Assembly (NCBI GenBank): GCA_964565565.1 | Contig: CAZMFM010000003.1 | Span: 37,774-101,773, forward strand | Length of the DNA: 64,000 nt | Reading direction: 5' to 3' | Source of the DNA: an uncultured Spirochaetaceae bacterium | GTDB lineage: Bacteria; Myxococcota_A; UBA9160; UBA4427 | Shown: positions 7,976 to 17,488 of the stretch, piece after piece | How the letters are laid out: each line of letters opens with the position of its first letter | How positions within the stretch are numbered: position 1 is the stretch's first letter | Notes under the pieces: generated by a model | The model's input: the letters and a program-made list of their open reading frames with translations, nothing else | What the model was told of the DNA's origin: nothing | Databases searched by the model: none | Program-made: the position numbers and the translations under genes

Positions 7976-10309
7976 CTGAGCGCCACTCGCACAGTCGTCC
8001 TCGTTGGAGGTGGGCATACTCACGTTCAGGTATTGCGTCGCTGGGCAATGGATCCACCGGCGGACGTGAGATTGTTGATCGTCCTGGATCGTCCCGTCGC
8101 CGCCTACTCTGGCATGGTTCCGGCCTTCGTCGCCGGGGACTACGAAATCGATGAGCTCGAAATCGATGTCGTTCCCCTCGCCCGGCGCGCCAAGGCCGGC
8201 GTCATCCTCTCCGCGGCGCGCGCGATCGATCCGATTCGAAAAGAGATCGCGATCGAAGGCCGGCCACCCATCCGATACGACCTGGCCAGTATCGATGTCG
8301 GCTCCACGGTCCGCGGCCTCGATCTACCCGGGGTAGCCAAACACACGCTGGCGACCCGACCGATCGGCCATTTCGTCCGCGCGATCGATCGCAAGCTCGA
8401 CGCCTTCGCCGAGCTCGACCGCCCGATGCGCATCCTGGTCGTCGGCGGGGGCGCGGCGGGAACGGAACTCGCCTTCACGATCGACGCCCGACTCCGCCGC
8501 TCTGGGCTGGAACCTTCCCTGGCGATCATCAGCGGCGATCGCGAGTTGCTGACCGGAACCAGCGCGCGAACCCGACGCGCCATCCGGAGAGAAGCCGAGC
8601 GTCGTGGCATCGAATCGATCTTCGCGAAGCGCGTGCTTCGCGCCGATCCGTCCGGTGTCGTAGTCGGACCAGCCGGACCAGTCGGGTCAGCCGAGCCAGC
8701 CGAAGCAGACTCGCCCGATCAAGATGAGCGCCATCTTCCCGCCGATCTCGTCGTGTGGGCGACGGGCGCGGCACCGATCGCGTTCCCCGCTCCCGCCGAT
8801 ACTGAAGGACCGAACGCACTGTCGCGCGATGGCGCCGGATTCCTCGAAATTCGCGACACGCTCCAGACAGTCGGTTTTGACGACCTCTTTGCAGCGGGTG
8901 ATTGCGCGCGCTTGATCAATCACCGCTGGGTTCCGCGCGCCGGTGTCTATGCCGTTCGTCAGGGGCCCATCCTCGAGCGCAATCTTCGCGCCTGTCTCGA
9001 TGGCCGACCGCTGACGGCCTATCGACCTCAACGGGATTTTCTATCACTGCTCTACCTTGGGCAGGGACGCGCCCTGGCTTCGAAATGGGGCATGGCGATC
9101 GCTGGCCGCGCCCTCTTCCGCCTCAAGGACTGGATCGACCGACGCTTCATGGTGCTCTTCCAGGTCCTCGACGCATCCGGCACGCCTTGCCCGGCACTCG
9201 AGGGATTAGGCGCGATGTCTTCCGGACATCGCGGCGAGGAAGGCGAGGACGAAATGGCTTGCGGAGGCTGCGCGGCGAAGCTCGGGGCCGAGCCCTTGAC
9301 CGCAGCCCTCGCTCGACTGCCGGAGGCCCGCGCGGACGAGAGCGTGCTGCTCGGGTTGGACGCACGCGACGATGTCGCCGCCACCCGAGACGAGTCCGGT
9401 CGAACGACCTTGCACAATATCGATGTCATTCGCTCCTTTTGTGACGACCCATGGCTGCTCGGACGCGTCGCGGCGAACAATGCCTTGAGTGACCTCTTCG
9501 CCAAAGGAGGTCGTCCTCGCTATGCGCAGGCCGTAATCGGATTACCCGACAGCGAAGCCGACGAATCACAAGAGCTGCTCTTTCAGGTTCTCTCTGGCGT
9601 GCGAGCGACCCTCGATGAGCACGGGGTCTCGCTACTCGGGGGACATACGACGATCGGCGAGGAACTCACCGTCGGACTCTCCGTCAGCGGCGACGGACCC
9701 GAAGGCGGAACGCTCCTTCGACAATCGGGGGCGCAGGACGGAGACGACTTGCTCTTCACGGGTCGCCTCGGCACGGGTGTCGTCCTCGCCGCAGATCATA
9801 TGGGACTCGCCAAGGGGCTCTGGGTTGTGGCCTGCCACGCGGCGATGCAAGACAGCAACGAGATTGGCGGGCGAGTCGCGCTCGAACTCGGGGCGCACGC
9901 GTCGACGGATATCACGGGCTTCGGCTTTGCGGGGCATCTCATGACGCTGCTCGATCGCACGAATCTCATCGCAGAAATCGACCCGGCCTCCGTACCCCTG
10001 CTGCCCGGCGCGAAAGAGCTCTGGACCGCCGGCCACCGAAGCACGGCACACCCAGCAAATCACGCGGCCTTTCGCCGCTACCTGCGTGGCGCGAGCGTCG
10101 CGGATGAAGCCTGGCTCTTCGATCCCCAGACCTCCGGCGGCCTGCTGCTCGCGGTTGCCTCGGACAAGACCCAAGCCGTGATCGAAGCCTTCGCGGCGGC
10201 CGGAGCGGCCCGGCCAACCAAAGTCGGTCGCCTGCGCTCGCCCGGGCAGGATGACGGCGAAGGGCCAAGTCCCCGAATCGAGATCGCGGGAGCCCAGGCG
10301 AACGTCTGA
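7976..10309 (+). CDS. selD: Bifunctional FAD-dependent pyridine-nucleotide-disulfide oxidoreductase / selenide, water dikinase (SelD) fusion
   Basis: The N-terminal half is NADH-dehydrogenase-like (VVLVGGGHTHVQ.., ..ILVVGGGAAGTELAF.., ..FAAGDCA..). The C-terminal half is SelD (MACGGCAAKLG.., ..DDPWLLGRVAANNALSDLFAKGG.., ..LLGGHTT..). I set the start at in-frame CTG 7976 because the first Rossmann motif lies upstream of the first canonical start (TTG 8033). Confidence 0.85.
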   Translation: MSATRTVVLVGGGHTHVQVLRRWAMDPPADVRLLIVLDRPVAAYSGMVPAFVAGDYEIDELEIDVVPLARRAKAGVILSAARAIDPIRKEIAIEGRPPIRYDLASIDVGSTVRGLDLPGVAKHTLATRPIGHFVRAIDRKLDAFAELDRPMRILVVGGGAAGTELAFTIDARLRRSGLEPSLAIISGDRELLTGTSARTRRAIRREAERRGIESIFAKRVLRADPSGVVVGPAGPVGSAEPAEADSPDQDERHLPADLVVWATGAAPIAFPAPADTEGPNALSRDGAGFLEIRDTLQTVGFDDLFAAGDCARLINHRWVPRAGVYAVRQGPILERNLRACLDGRPLTAYRPQRDFLSLLYLGQGRALASKWGMAIAGRALFRLKDWIDRRFMVLFQVLDASGTPCPALEGLGAMSSGHRGEEGEDEMACGGCAAKLGAEPLTAALARLPEARADESVLLGLDARDDVAATRDESGRTTLHNIDVIRSFCDDPWLLGRVAANNALSDLFAKGGRPRYAQAVIGLPDSEADESQELLFQVLSGVRATLDEHGVSLLGGHTTIGEELTVGLSVSGDGPEGGTLLRQSGAQDGDDLLFTGRLGTGVVLAADHMGLAKGLWVVACHAAMQDSNEIGGRVALELGAHASTDITGFGFAGHLMTLLDRTNLIAEIDPASVPLLPGAKELWTAGHRSTAHPANHAAFRRYLRGASVADEAWLFDPQTSGGLLLAVASDKTQAVIEAFAAAGAARPTKVGRLRSPGQDDGEGPSPRIEIAGAQANV

Positions 10310-10364
10310 AAACAGCGGCCCAGGGCCATCCGCGGCAAGCCAATCTCGCTACACTTCGCCGCCT

Positions 10365-11402
10365 ATGAAGGGTATCCAACTCGACCGACTCGAAGCCTAT
10401 TTTGCGGAACACGTCGCCGGCGCCGTACCGCCCCTGCGATTCAGCCTGATCACGGGCGGCCGCTCGAACCTCACCTTCCTCGTCGAAGACGCCGTGGGCA
10501 AAAAACGCGTCCTGCGGCGACCTCCGTTAGGTGCCGTCCTGGCGACGGCGCACGACATGGGACGCGAGCATCGCATCCTGTCCGCGCTATCCGGGAGCAA
10601 TGTGCCGGTCCCGCAGACTCTCGCGCTCTGTACCGATGAGAGCGTCAACGACGCGCCCTTCTACGTCATGGACTACGTCGAAGGAGACGTGCTCGTCTCG
10701 CCCGAGATGACCGCCAAACTCGTTCCGGAAGAAAATCGTGCCTTGCTAGGCATGCACGCGATCGAAGTCCTCGCCAACCTCCATCGCATCGAGCCCGGCG
10801 ACGTCGGCCTCGGAGACCTCGGTCGCCGCGAAGCCTATCTCGCCCGGCAGCTCAAGCGCTGGAGCACCCAGTGGGAAAAGTCGAAGACCCGCGAACTGCC
10901 GGAGATGGAAGCCGCTCACGCCGAGCTCGAGGCCAAGATGCCCGAGCAGCAGGCATCGGTCATCGTGCACGGCGACTTCCGGCTCGGCAATTTTTTGTCA
11001 AACGGCGCGAATGGCAAGATCGAGGCGGTGCTGGACTGGGAGCTTTGCACCCTCGGCGACCCACTCGCAGACGTCGGCTATTTGATGAACGACTGGAATG
11101 GCCCCGACGACGATCGACCGACCGCCAGTGGAACAGGACTCTCCGCCACGTCGTGCGGCGGCTTTCCCAATCGCGAGGTCATCCTCGCCCGATACGAAGA
11201 ACTGACCGGCTTCAGCACGAAGGGCATCGACTACTACCGCGCTTTTCAGTATTGGCGGCTGGCGGCCATCGTGGAAGGCGTCCTCTCCCGATACAAAAAG
11301 GGCGTAATGGGAGACAAGGTCGACATCGGCGCCTATCAGACTCAAACAACAACGCTGGCCAAGGCTGCGCTGGAGCTCGCTCGCTCAAACGATTTGCAGT
11401 AG
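10365..11402 (+). CDS. Phosphotransferase (APH/choline-kinase-like) family protein
   Basis: Brenner-type catalytic motif VIVHGDFRLGNFL and DWELCTLGDPLADVGY, typical of the APH-like kinases often paired with acyl-CoA dehydrogenases. ATG at 10365. Confidence 0.8.
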   Translation: MKGIQLDRLEAYFAEHVAGAVPPLRFSLITGGRSNLTFLVEDAVGKKRVLRRPPLGAVLATAHDMGREHRILSALSGSNVPVPQTLALCTDESVNDAPFYVMDYVEGDVLVSPEMTAKLVPEENRALLGMHAIEVLANLHRIEPGDVGLGDLGRREAYLARQLKRWSTQWEKSKTRELPEMEAAHAELEAKMPEQQASVIVHGDFRLGNFLSNGANGKIEAVLDWELCTLGDPLADVGYLMNDWNGPDDDRPTASGTGLSATSCGGFPNREVILARYEELTGFSTKGIDYYRAFQYWRLAAIVEGVLSRYKKGVMGDKVDIGAYQTQTTTLAKAALELARSNDLQ

Positions 11403-11420
11403 CCGGGCGGGGCTCTTCCG

Positions 11421-12644
11421 ATGTCGAAACGAGAAGCTGCAATCGCCGTCCTGATTGCCTTCGCGGTCGGCGTGATCGCGGCGGGCTCCCTGCGTGACCG
11501 AACGAACGACCGCTTGATGAAACGCAGTCCTTCGCACTATCTGTCCGGTGAGTACGACGACGGCCTGGCCGTCGACACGATCCGCTGGCGCGTTACGAGC
11601 GCCTTCGGAACCCATCTCCCCACGCTGGGCGAGAACCCGGTCCAGGTTGCCGAACGGCTACGGATCGCGAGCGGGGGGCGAATCGATTGGACGATCGACG
11701 ACCCCGGCGAGGTGGTGCCCGCCTTTGCCATCGTCGATGCCGTTCGCTCTGGAAAGATCGAAGCCGGGTATACCTGGCTCGGCTACGACCAGGGCCGACT
11801 CTCCGCCTCGGTGTTATTCGGCGCAGTCCCCTTCGGCATGACGCCCTGGGAATACTCGGCCTGGTGGGTTCGCGGCGGCGGACTCGGGTTGGCTCGAGAG
11901 ATCTACCGCCCACTCGGCATCGAACCGATTCTCTGCGGCATCATCGGCCCGGAAACCGCGGGTTGGTTTCGCTCACCCATCAACGATCGCACCGACCTCG
12001 AAGGCTTGAAGATCCGTTTCGCCGGGCTCGGCGGGCGGGCACTCCAGAAACTCGGCGCAGCCGTCACGATGCTCCCGGGTGGCGAGATCTTTCAAGCACT
12101 CGAGAAGGGCGCGATCGATGCAACCGAGTTCTCCTTGCCCGAGGTCGATGCGCGCCTCGGGTTCAATCGCGTCGCGCGTTTCAATTACTTTCCTGGCTGG
12201 CATCAACCCCACACCGCTTTTCACCTCGTCGTCCACAAGCCGACCTGGGACGCCCTCTCGGCGTCCACCCAGGAAACGATCGAGATGGCCTGCGGTGATG
12301 GCGTACACCGCAACCTCTCGAACGCAGAGGCCGGCCAGGGACCAGTGATCGCGGATCTCCAGGCGAAGGGCGTCGAAACCCGAACGCTATCGGCCGAGTT
12401 GTTGGCCACCCTCGAAGTCGCAGTGGCCGAGGTCCTCGAAGAGGAATCGGCCAAAGACGAAGACTTCGCCCGGGTGCTTCGCCATCAACGGGCGTTCCGA
12501 GCGGAATATGCTCGCTGGCGAACGCTGGCCTATCCACGAAATACGGATACCCGGATTTCCGAACCGCCGGCGGACCAGTCCCGCACTCAGCCGAGGGACG
12601 AATCGGCGCATGAGAATCCGACCGGAGCGCGTCATGCGCGCTGA
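11421..12644 (+). CDS. TRAP transporter substrate-binding protein (DctP family)
   Basis: ..PFGMTPWEYSAWWVRGGGLGLAREIY..GWFRSPINDRTDLEGLKIRFAGLGG..LPGGEIFQALEKGAIDATEFSLPEVD..YFPGWHQP. Followed by Q and M subunits. Confidence 0.85.
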   Translation: MSKREAAIAVLIAFAVGVIAAGSLRDRTNDRLMKRSPSHYLSGEYDDGLAVDTIRWRVTSAFGTHLPTLGENPVQVAERLRIASGGRIDWTIDDPGEVVPAFAIVDAVRSGKIEAGYTWLGYDQGRLSASVLFGAVPFGMTPWEYSAWWVRGGGLGLAREIYRPLGIEPILCGIIGPETAGWFRSPINDRTDLEGLKIRFAGLGGRALQKLGAAVTMLPGGEIFQALEKGAIDATEFSLPEVDARLGFNRVARFNYFPGWHQPHTAFHLVVHKPTWDALSASTQETIEMACGDGVHRNLSNAEAGQGPVIADLQAKGVETRTLSAELLATLEVAVAEVLEEESAKDEDFARVLRHQRAFRAEYARWRTLAYPRNTDTRISEPPADQSRTQPRDESAHENPTGARHAR

Positions 12645-13167
12645 CTCGAACGGAGAGTCGCAATCCTTGATCGAGCACCTGCTCGACCGAATCGCCGCCG
12701 CCTTTTCCTGGATCTGGCTCGCCCTGATCGCCGTGATCGTTAGCGCCGTCGTGCTTCGCTTTGCCTTCGGCATTGGGCGCATCGAACTCGAAGAGCTGCA
12801 ATGGCACCTCTACGCAGCAGGCTTCCTGATGGGGATCGTCGCTTGCGCCACGAAGGATCGGCACGTTCGCGTCGATGTGCTCCGCGAAAGGATGTCGCCG
12901 CGACTGCGCGACTGGATCGAACTTTACGGAATCCTGCTCCTGCAATTTCCATTCTTGATTCTGGTCTTTGTGAGTGCCCTGCCCTTTGTCGCGGATAGTT
13001 TTCTCGTCGGCGAACGTTCGGCGTCCGCTGGAGGCCTGCCCTTCCGGTGGCTGCTCAAGTCGATGTTGCCCTTCACCTTCGCGCTGCTCTTCGTCACGAG
13101 CTCGCTGGGGCTCGCCCGAGTCTGGCGACGCCTCTTTGGCGGCGCGGCCGAGCGGAACATCGAATGA
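12634..13167 (+). CDS. TRAP transporter small permease (DctQ-like)
   Basis: Four predicted hydrophobic helices. ATG 12634 overlaps the dctP-like stop by 11 nt, and the stop overlaps the next start (ATGA). Confidence 0.75.
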   Translation: MRADSNGESQSLIEHLLDRIAAAFSWIWLALIAVIVSAVVLRFAFGIGRIELEELQWHLYAAGFLMGIVACATKDRHVRVDVLRERMSPRLRDWIELYGILLLQFPFLILVFVSALPFVADSFLVGERSASAGGLPFRWLLKSMLPFTFALLFVTSSLGLARVWRRLFGGAAERNIE

Positions 13168-14519
13168 GCGTTCGCGAATGGCTTGCCATCGCGATGTTCG
13201 CAGCCTTCATCCTGGGCATCCTGAGCGGGTTTCCCGTCGCTTGGGTCTTGGGTGGCGTCGCCGTGTTATTCACTGCCATCGCCATCATCGTCCAACAAGA
13301 TTTCGGCCATTTCACCGGAGTCGATTGGAGTTTCGCATCCCTGGTGACCGACCGGATCTGGGACTTGATGGACAATTGGGTTTTGGTCGCGCTGCCGATG
13401 TTCGTGTGCATGGGGCTCTTGCTCGATCGCGCCGGCATCGCCGCCGATCTGATGCGCGATGTTTCGAGGCTCTTCGGTCGTATGCGCGGCGGCCTCGCGG
13501 TGACGGTCGCCCTGATCGGTGTCGTGCTGGCAGCGAGCACCGGAATCATCGGCGCCTCGGTCGTCTTGCTCGCCCTGCTGGGATTACCGCCCATGCTCGA
13601 AGCACGCTATGCGCCGACGTTCGCCGCCGGAACAGTCTGTGCAGTCGGTACGTTGGGAATCTTGATTCCGCCTAGCATCATGCTCGTCTTGATGGCGGAT
13701 CGACTTGCCATCTCGGTCGGTGATCTCTTTCTGGGCGCCGTCCTCCCCGGCCTCTTGCTCGCCTCCCTCTACATCGCCTTCCTTGTCCTCTACCCGGCCT
13801 TTCGCCCCGAGGTTGCCCCCGCACCCGAGTACGCGGAGGACGTCGATCTGACACTTCTGCTCTCGGTGCTCCGCGACATCGTGCCGGCGGCAGGACTGAT
13901 CCTCGCCGTGCTCGGCAGTATCTTCTTTGGTGTGGCCACGCCGACTGAGGCCTCGGGGGTCGGCGCATTGGGAGCGCTACTGCTCGCGGCCTGGCGTGGC
14001 CGGCTCAAGCTTTCCGTCTTGCGCGACGTCTTGCGCGAAACGACGCTCACAACCGGCTACCTCTTCGGAATCTTTGTCGGCGCTTCGGCCTTCGCCCTCG
14101 TGCTGCGCGGTCTCGGTGGGGACGAATTGATCGCGCGCGGCTTGCTCGGCTTGCCCTTCGGACCGAACGGTGTCGTCCTCTCGATTCTTCTGGTGACCTT
14201 CCTGCTCGGGTTCTTCCTCGATTGGATCGAGATCACCTTCATCGTGCTGCCCCTGGTCGCACCCGTCGTCGTTGGCCTGGGCTTCGACATCGTCTGGTTC
14301 ACGATTCTTTTCGCCGTCTGTCTGCAGACGTCTTTCTTGACGCCACCCGTCGGCTTCGCTCTATTCTATGTGAAGGGCGTCGCGCCTCCGGAGATCGACG
14401 TCCTCACTCTTTACAAGGGAATTCTTCCCTTCGTGGGCTTGCAGATCCTCGGGTTGGTGCTCATCTTCATCTGGCCAGAGCTGGCGACCTGGTTGCCGGC
14501 GCGCGCCTATTCACAATGA
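13164..14519 (+). CDS. TRAP transporter large permease (DctM-like)
   Basis: About 450-aa polytopic membrane protein (MSVREWLAIAMFAAFILGILSGFPVAWVLGG..), translationally coupled to the small permease. Confidence 0.85.
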   Translation: MSVREWLAIAMFAAFILGILSGFPVAWVLGGVAVLFTAIAIIVQQDFGHFTGVDWSFASLVTDRIWDLMDNWVLVALPMFVCMGLLLDRAGIAADLMRDVSRLFGRMRGGLAVTVALIGVVLAASTGIIGASVVLLALLGLPPMLEARYAPTFAAGTVCAVGTLGILIPPSIMLVLMADRLAISVGDLFLGAVLPGLLLASLYIAFLVLYPAFRPEVAPAPEYAEDVDLTLLLSVLRDIVPAAGLILAVLGSIFFGVATPTEASGVGALGALLLAAWRGRLKLSVLRDVLRETTLTTGYLFGIFVGASAFALVLRGLGGDELIARGLLGLPFGPNGVVLSILLVTFLLGFFLDWIEITFIVLPLVAPVVVGLGFDIVWFTILFAVCLQTSFLTPPVGFALFYVKGVAPPEIDVLTLYKGILPFVGLQILGLVLIFIWPELATWLPARAYSQ

Positions 14520-14556
14520 TTCATTCCCAACGCATCACACAGGGAGGGACCTTCGA

Positions 14557-14814
14557 ATGACTTTACGCTCCAATTCCGGCCTCGTCTGGATCGCCGCCCT
14601 CGCCATCATCTTCATGTTCAGCTGCGAGCGCGTGCCCTCAAAATCGGATTATGTGAGCGCCCGCGTCACGGAACTCTGCAAGGATCTGTCGAGCGAAGAA
14701 TTGCAAGCCTGCCGGCTCGCCGTGATCCGCCAATTCGCCAACACACCACTCGAAGAGTTGCAGCTTCGCTATCCCCCGCCCGAGCCCCGCATCCGTCCAT
14801 CCTGTGGACTTTGA
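14557..14814 (+). CDS. Small hypothetical lipoprotein
   Basis: 85-aa ORF with a signal peptide and a lipobox-like IFMFS-C. No recognisable family. Confidence 0.4.
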   Translation: MTLRSNSGLVWIAALAIIFMFSCERVPSKSDYVSARVTELCKDLSSEELQACRLAVIRQFANTPLEELQLRYPPPEPRIRPSCGL

Positions 14815-14847
14815 TTCGAACGCCCGAGACGCCGTCACCGGGACACA

Positions 14848-15171
14848 TCAGTTCTGGATACGATCCTTCAGCACATAGGAACCGTCCTCGAAACGATCGA
14901 AGACCAATTCGAGCTGGGGATGACGGCATGGCGCGTGGGTTTCGTCGGGCACGAGATTTTGCTCCGAGACATAGGCGACGTAGGTCGAATCCTCGGTTTC
15001 CGCAAAGACGTGGTAGTAGGGCTGGTCCTTCAGTGGCCGAATTTCAGCGGGAATCGACAACCACCACTCTTCCGTGTGATTGAAGAGCGGGTCGACATCG
15101 AAGATCACACCACGAAAGGGGCGAAATCGGTGAACCACCACTTCGCCTATTCCGAATTTTGCATCTCTCAC
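14848..15171 (-). CDS. hspQ: Heat-shock protein HspQ (hemimethylated-DNA-binding YccV family)
   Basis: AKFGIGEVVVHRFRPFRGVIFDVDP..QPYYHVFAETEDSTYVAYVSEQNL parallels E. coli HspQ. Confidence 0.85.
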   Translation of the reverse strand: MRDAKFGIGEVVVHRFRPFRGVIFDVDPLFNHTEEWWLSIPAEIRPLKDQPYYHVFAETEDSTYVAYVSEQNLVPDETHAPCRHPQLELVFDRFEDGSYVLKDRIQN

Positions 15172-15319
15172 GTCCGCCCCATCCTCGTGCTGCCCCTCGC
15201 CTGGTCGTCTGCTTCGTCCGTGACCGATTTGGATTACGATGATCCAAAGACCATAGCCAAATGACGTCGGCCCGCGTCATGACTCGGCACCGTCGATCGA
15301 ATTCGCTAGAAACCGAACT

Positions 15320-15847
15320 GTGAAACAACGCCAGCTGATCTTGATGCGACACGCGACCGCGGACTCCGGAGGCCTACGCGACCACGATCGCCCGCTCACA
15401 GACCACGGCCAGAACGAAGCGCACCGCGTTGGGCACTGGCTTGCGAACAACGAGCGAGTACCCGACCGGGTTCTCTCTTCCTCGGCGCGACGATGTCGCG
15501 AGACCTGGTTTTCTGTCTGCGCCGGACTTGGTCGGGACGTCGCTGTCGAATTCGAGGACCGCCTTTACAATGCACCCTCTGAGGTGCTCTTCGATTCGCT
15601 GACCGACCTGACCGCGACGGCCGGAGAAGCGCAGGAGACAGAACGCGAAATCGTCTTATTGATCGCCCACAACCCAGGAATCAGCCATCTCGCGCTCGAA
15701 CTGGCGGCCGAATCTTCCGACCCGATCCGATTGCGATCGGGCTTTGCGCCGGCGACCACTGCCTGCTTCGAGATCGCCTCAGCCTGGTCCATGCTCTCTC
15801 GGGGCGCCGCGCACCTAACCCACTTCAGCGCCGTCATCGACCTTTGA
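15320..15847 (+). CDS. sixA: Histidine phosphatase family protein (SixA-like)
   Basis: LILMRHATA.. RHG-type motif, ..RVLSSSARRCRET.. and ..LIAHNPGISHLA. Confidence 0.75.
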   Translation: MKQRQLILMRHATADSGGLRDHDRPLTDHGQNEAHRVGHWLANNERVPDRVLSSSARRCRETWFSVCAGLGRDVAVEFEDRLYNAPSEVLFDSLTDLTATAGEAQETEREIVLLIAHNPGISHLALELAAESSDPIRLRSGFAPATTACFEIASAWSMLSRGAAHLTHFSAVIDL

Positions 15848-15900
15848 CTCACTCGCCAGACAGACCGCTACACTCGGCGCTTCACAGCTTCACTGCCAAG

Positions 15901-15930
15901 CCTACGAACCCAAGACCTACGAACCCAAAA
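15901..15930. repeat. 2 x 15-bp tandem direct repeat immediately upstream of the MAPEG gene ribosome-binding site
   Basis: cctacgaacccaaga followed by cctacgaacccaaaa, then aaggaaattga-ATG (15942). Confidence 0.85.
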
Positions 15931-15941
15931 AAGGAAATTGA

Positions 15942-16334
15942 ATGACCATTCCACTCTGGTGTCTCGTCATCGTCATGTTCATGCCCGTCCCACTCTCCGT
16001 GGTTGGCGCCTATTTCCGCGGCAAGGCCTTTGGATCCGCGGACAACAAGAATCCCCGCGGACAGGCGGCGAAGCTTGAAGGCCCGGGCGCACGCGCCTAT
16101 GCCGCGCAGCAAAATGCCTGGGAAGCCACCGCCGTCTTCACCGTCACGATCGTCGTCACTCATCTCGCCGGCGTTTCGGCCGAGGTCGCTGCACCCTGGG
16201 CGATCGCCTTCGTCGCTTTTCGTGCTCTCCATCCGATCTTCTATCTCGCCGACATCGACAAGGCGCGATCCCTCGCCTACATGGGCAGCATCGTCTGTGT
16301 CGTCGCCTTGTTGGTCAAAGCTGGATCGGTCTAG
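15942..16334 (+). CDS. MAPEG family membrane protein
   Basis: 130 aa with multiple hydrophobic helices and ..NPRGQAAKLEG..RAYAAQQNAWEA.. typical of bacterial MAPEG proteins. Confidence 0.7.
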   Translation: MTIPLWCLVIVMFMPVPLSVVGAYFRGKAFGSADNKNPRGQAAKLEGPGARAYAAQQNAWEATAVFTVTIVVTHLAGVSAEVAAPWAIAFVAFRALHPIFYLADIDKARSLAYMGSIVCVVALLVKAGSV

Positions 16335-16450
16335 GTTCGCGAGCGGGTTGATCCAGAAGCGAGAACCGGTCGGCCCCTTCAATTTCTAGAACACGCGACA
16401 GCACGGCCAGGCGGCAAGACGGCCTGATCAGCGCCCGACCGAGCGCCCGC

Positions 16451-17488
16451 CTACCAGCCGCGCAGATCGACCGCCCACTCGTCGACGACTTGATCGCCCT
16501 CGACGAGATGGATTCGTTCGTGGTACGCGAAGGTCGGATCGACGTGCGCGGGAACGAGTCGGACACGATCGCCGACACGAACCCGGGCCGGGCACTCCCA
16601 ATCAAGGAGAGAGCTCGAAGCGTCTTCGGCCCGGCCTGCAACAAAGGTTACGTGTTCGTCCGAGCAGAAAAGAACCCGCGAGCCCGGCAGATCCGGATTG
16701 CCATGATCCATGCCGAAGGCCTTCAAACCAGCGTCCGCAACGGCGAACTTTTCCGAGACGGAGAGAACGGTCGACAGCACGAAGACCGCCTGCTCGAAGG
16801 GCAAGCCAAGCTTCGCATAGGCCGTATCCATCAAGGCGTAGGATCCCGCCTGGATCTCGGTCGCCCAGATATTGCATTGGTAGGTTCCGGTCCCCCCGGC
16901 TGAAACCAACTCGCCCCCCACTTGTTGATGCGCTGCGAGTAGTCTCTCCATGCTTTCCGCACAACCGAGTTCGCGCGCAACACGATCGGCATTGCCCACG
17001 ACATGCCCCTCGTAGCCCATCACTCCGCGTACCCGAAGCCCGGCCGTTCTGGCCATTTCTGCGAACTCACCCGCCTGATCGGGGGGACAGCCACAACGCG
17101 GCAATCCCACATTGACATCGATCAGCACTTCCGCGACGCCACCGCGACGCGCGGCCTCGATCGTCTCCCTGGAATCCACGGCCAGGGTCACGCGTGCACC
17201 CGCCTCGACAACTCGCCCCAGACGCGAGGCATCGAGCACTTCGTTCGCCAGCAAGAGATCGTCTCCCAAGCCGGCCTGCGCCATGCCCTCGATTTCTCGA
17301 ATCGTGGCCGCACAGAAATGTGTATGCCCGTGAGCCCGCTGACGCTTGGCGAGCTCCGTCGACTTGTGCGCTTTCACATGAGGTCGCAGGCGCTCACCCG
17401 GGAGCGCTTTCGCCATCTTCTCCAGGTTCGACTCCAGACGGACCGCATCGACGACGAGCGCTGGCGTCGGAAGATCATCGAGTTTCAT
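16451..17488 (-). CDS. PLP-dependent D-serine dehydratase-like / D-threonine aldolase-like protein (alanine racemase N-terminal fold)
   Basis: LPTPALVVD.., PLP-lysine context RLRPHVKAHKSTELA, ..GVMGYEGH.. and a C-terminal beta domain. Confidence 0.8.
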   Translation of the reverse strand: MKLDDLPTPALVVDAVRLESNLEKMAKALPGERLRPHVKAHKSTELAKRQRAHGHTHFCAATIREIEGMAQAGLGDDLLLANEVLDASRLGRVVEAGARVTLAVDSRETIEAARRGGVAEVLIDVNVGLPRCGCPPDQAGEFAEMARTAGLRVRGVMGYEGHVVGNADRVARELGCAESMERLLAAHQQVGGELVSAGGTGTYQCNIWATEIQAGSYALMDTAYAKLGLPFEQAVFVLSTVLSVSEKFAVADAGLKAFGMDHGNPDLPGSRVLFCSDEHVTFVAGRAEDASSSLLDWECPARVRVGDRVRLVPAHVDPTFAYHERIHLVEGDQVVDEWAVDLRGW

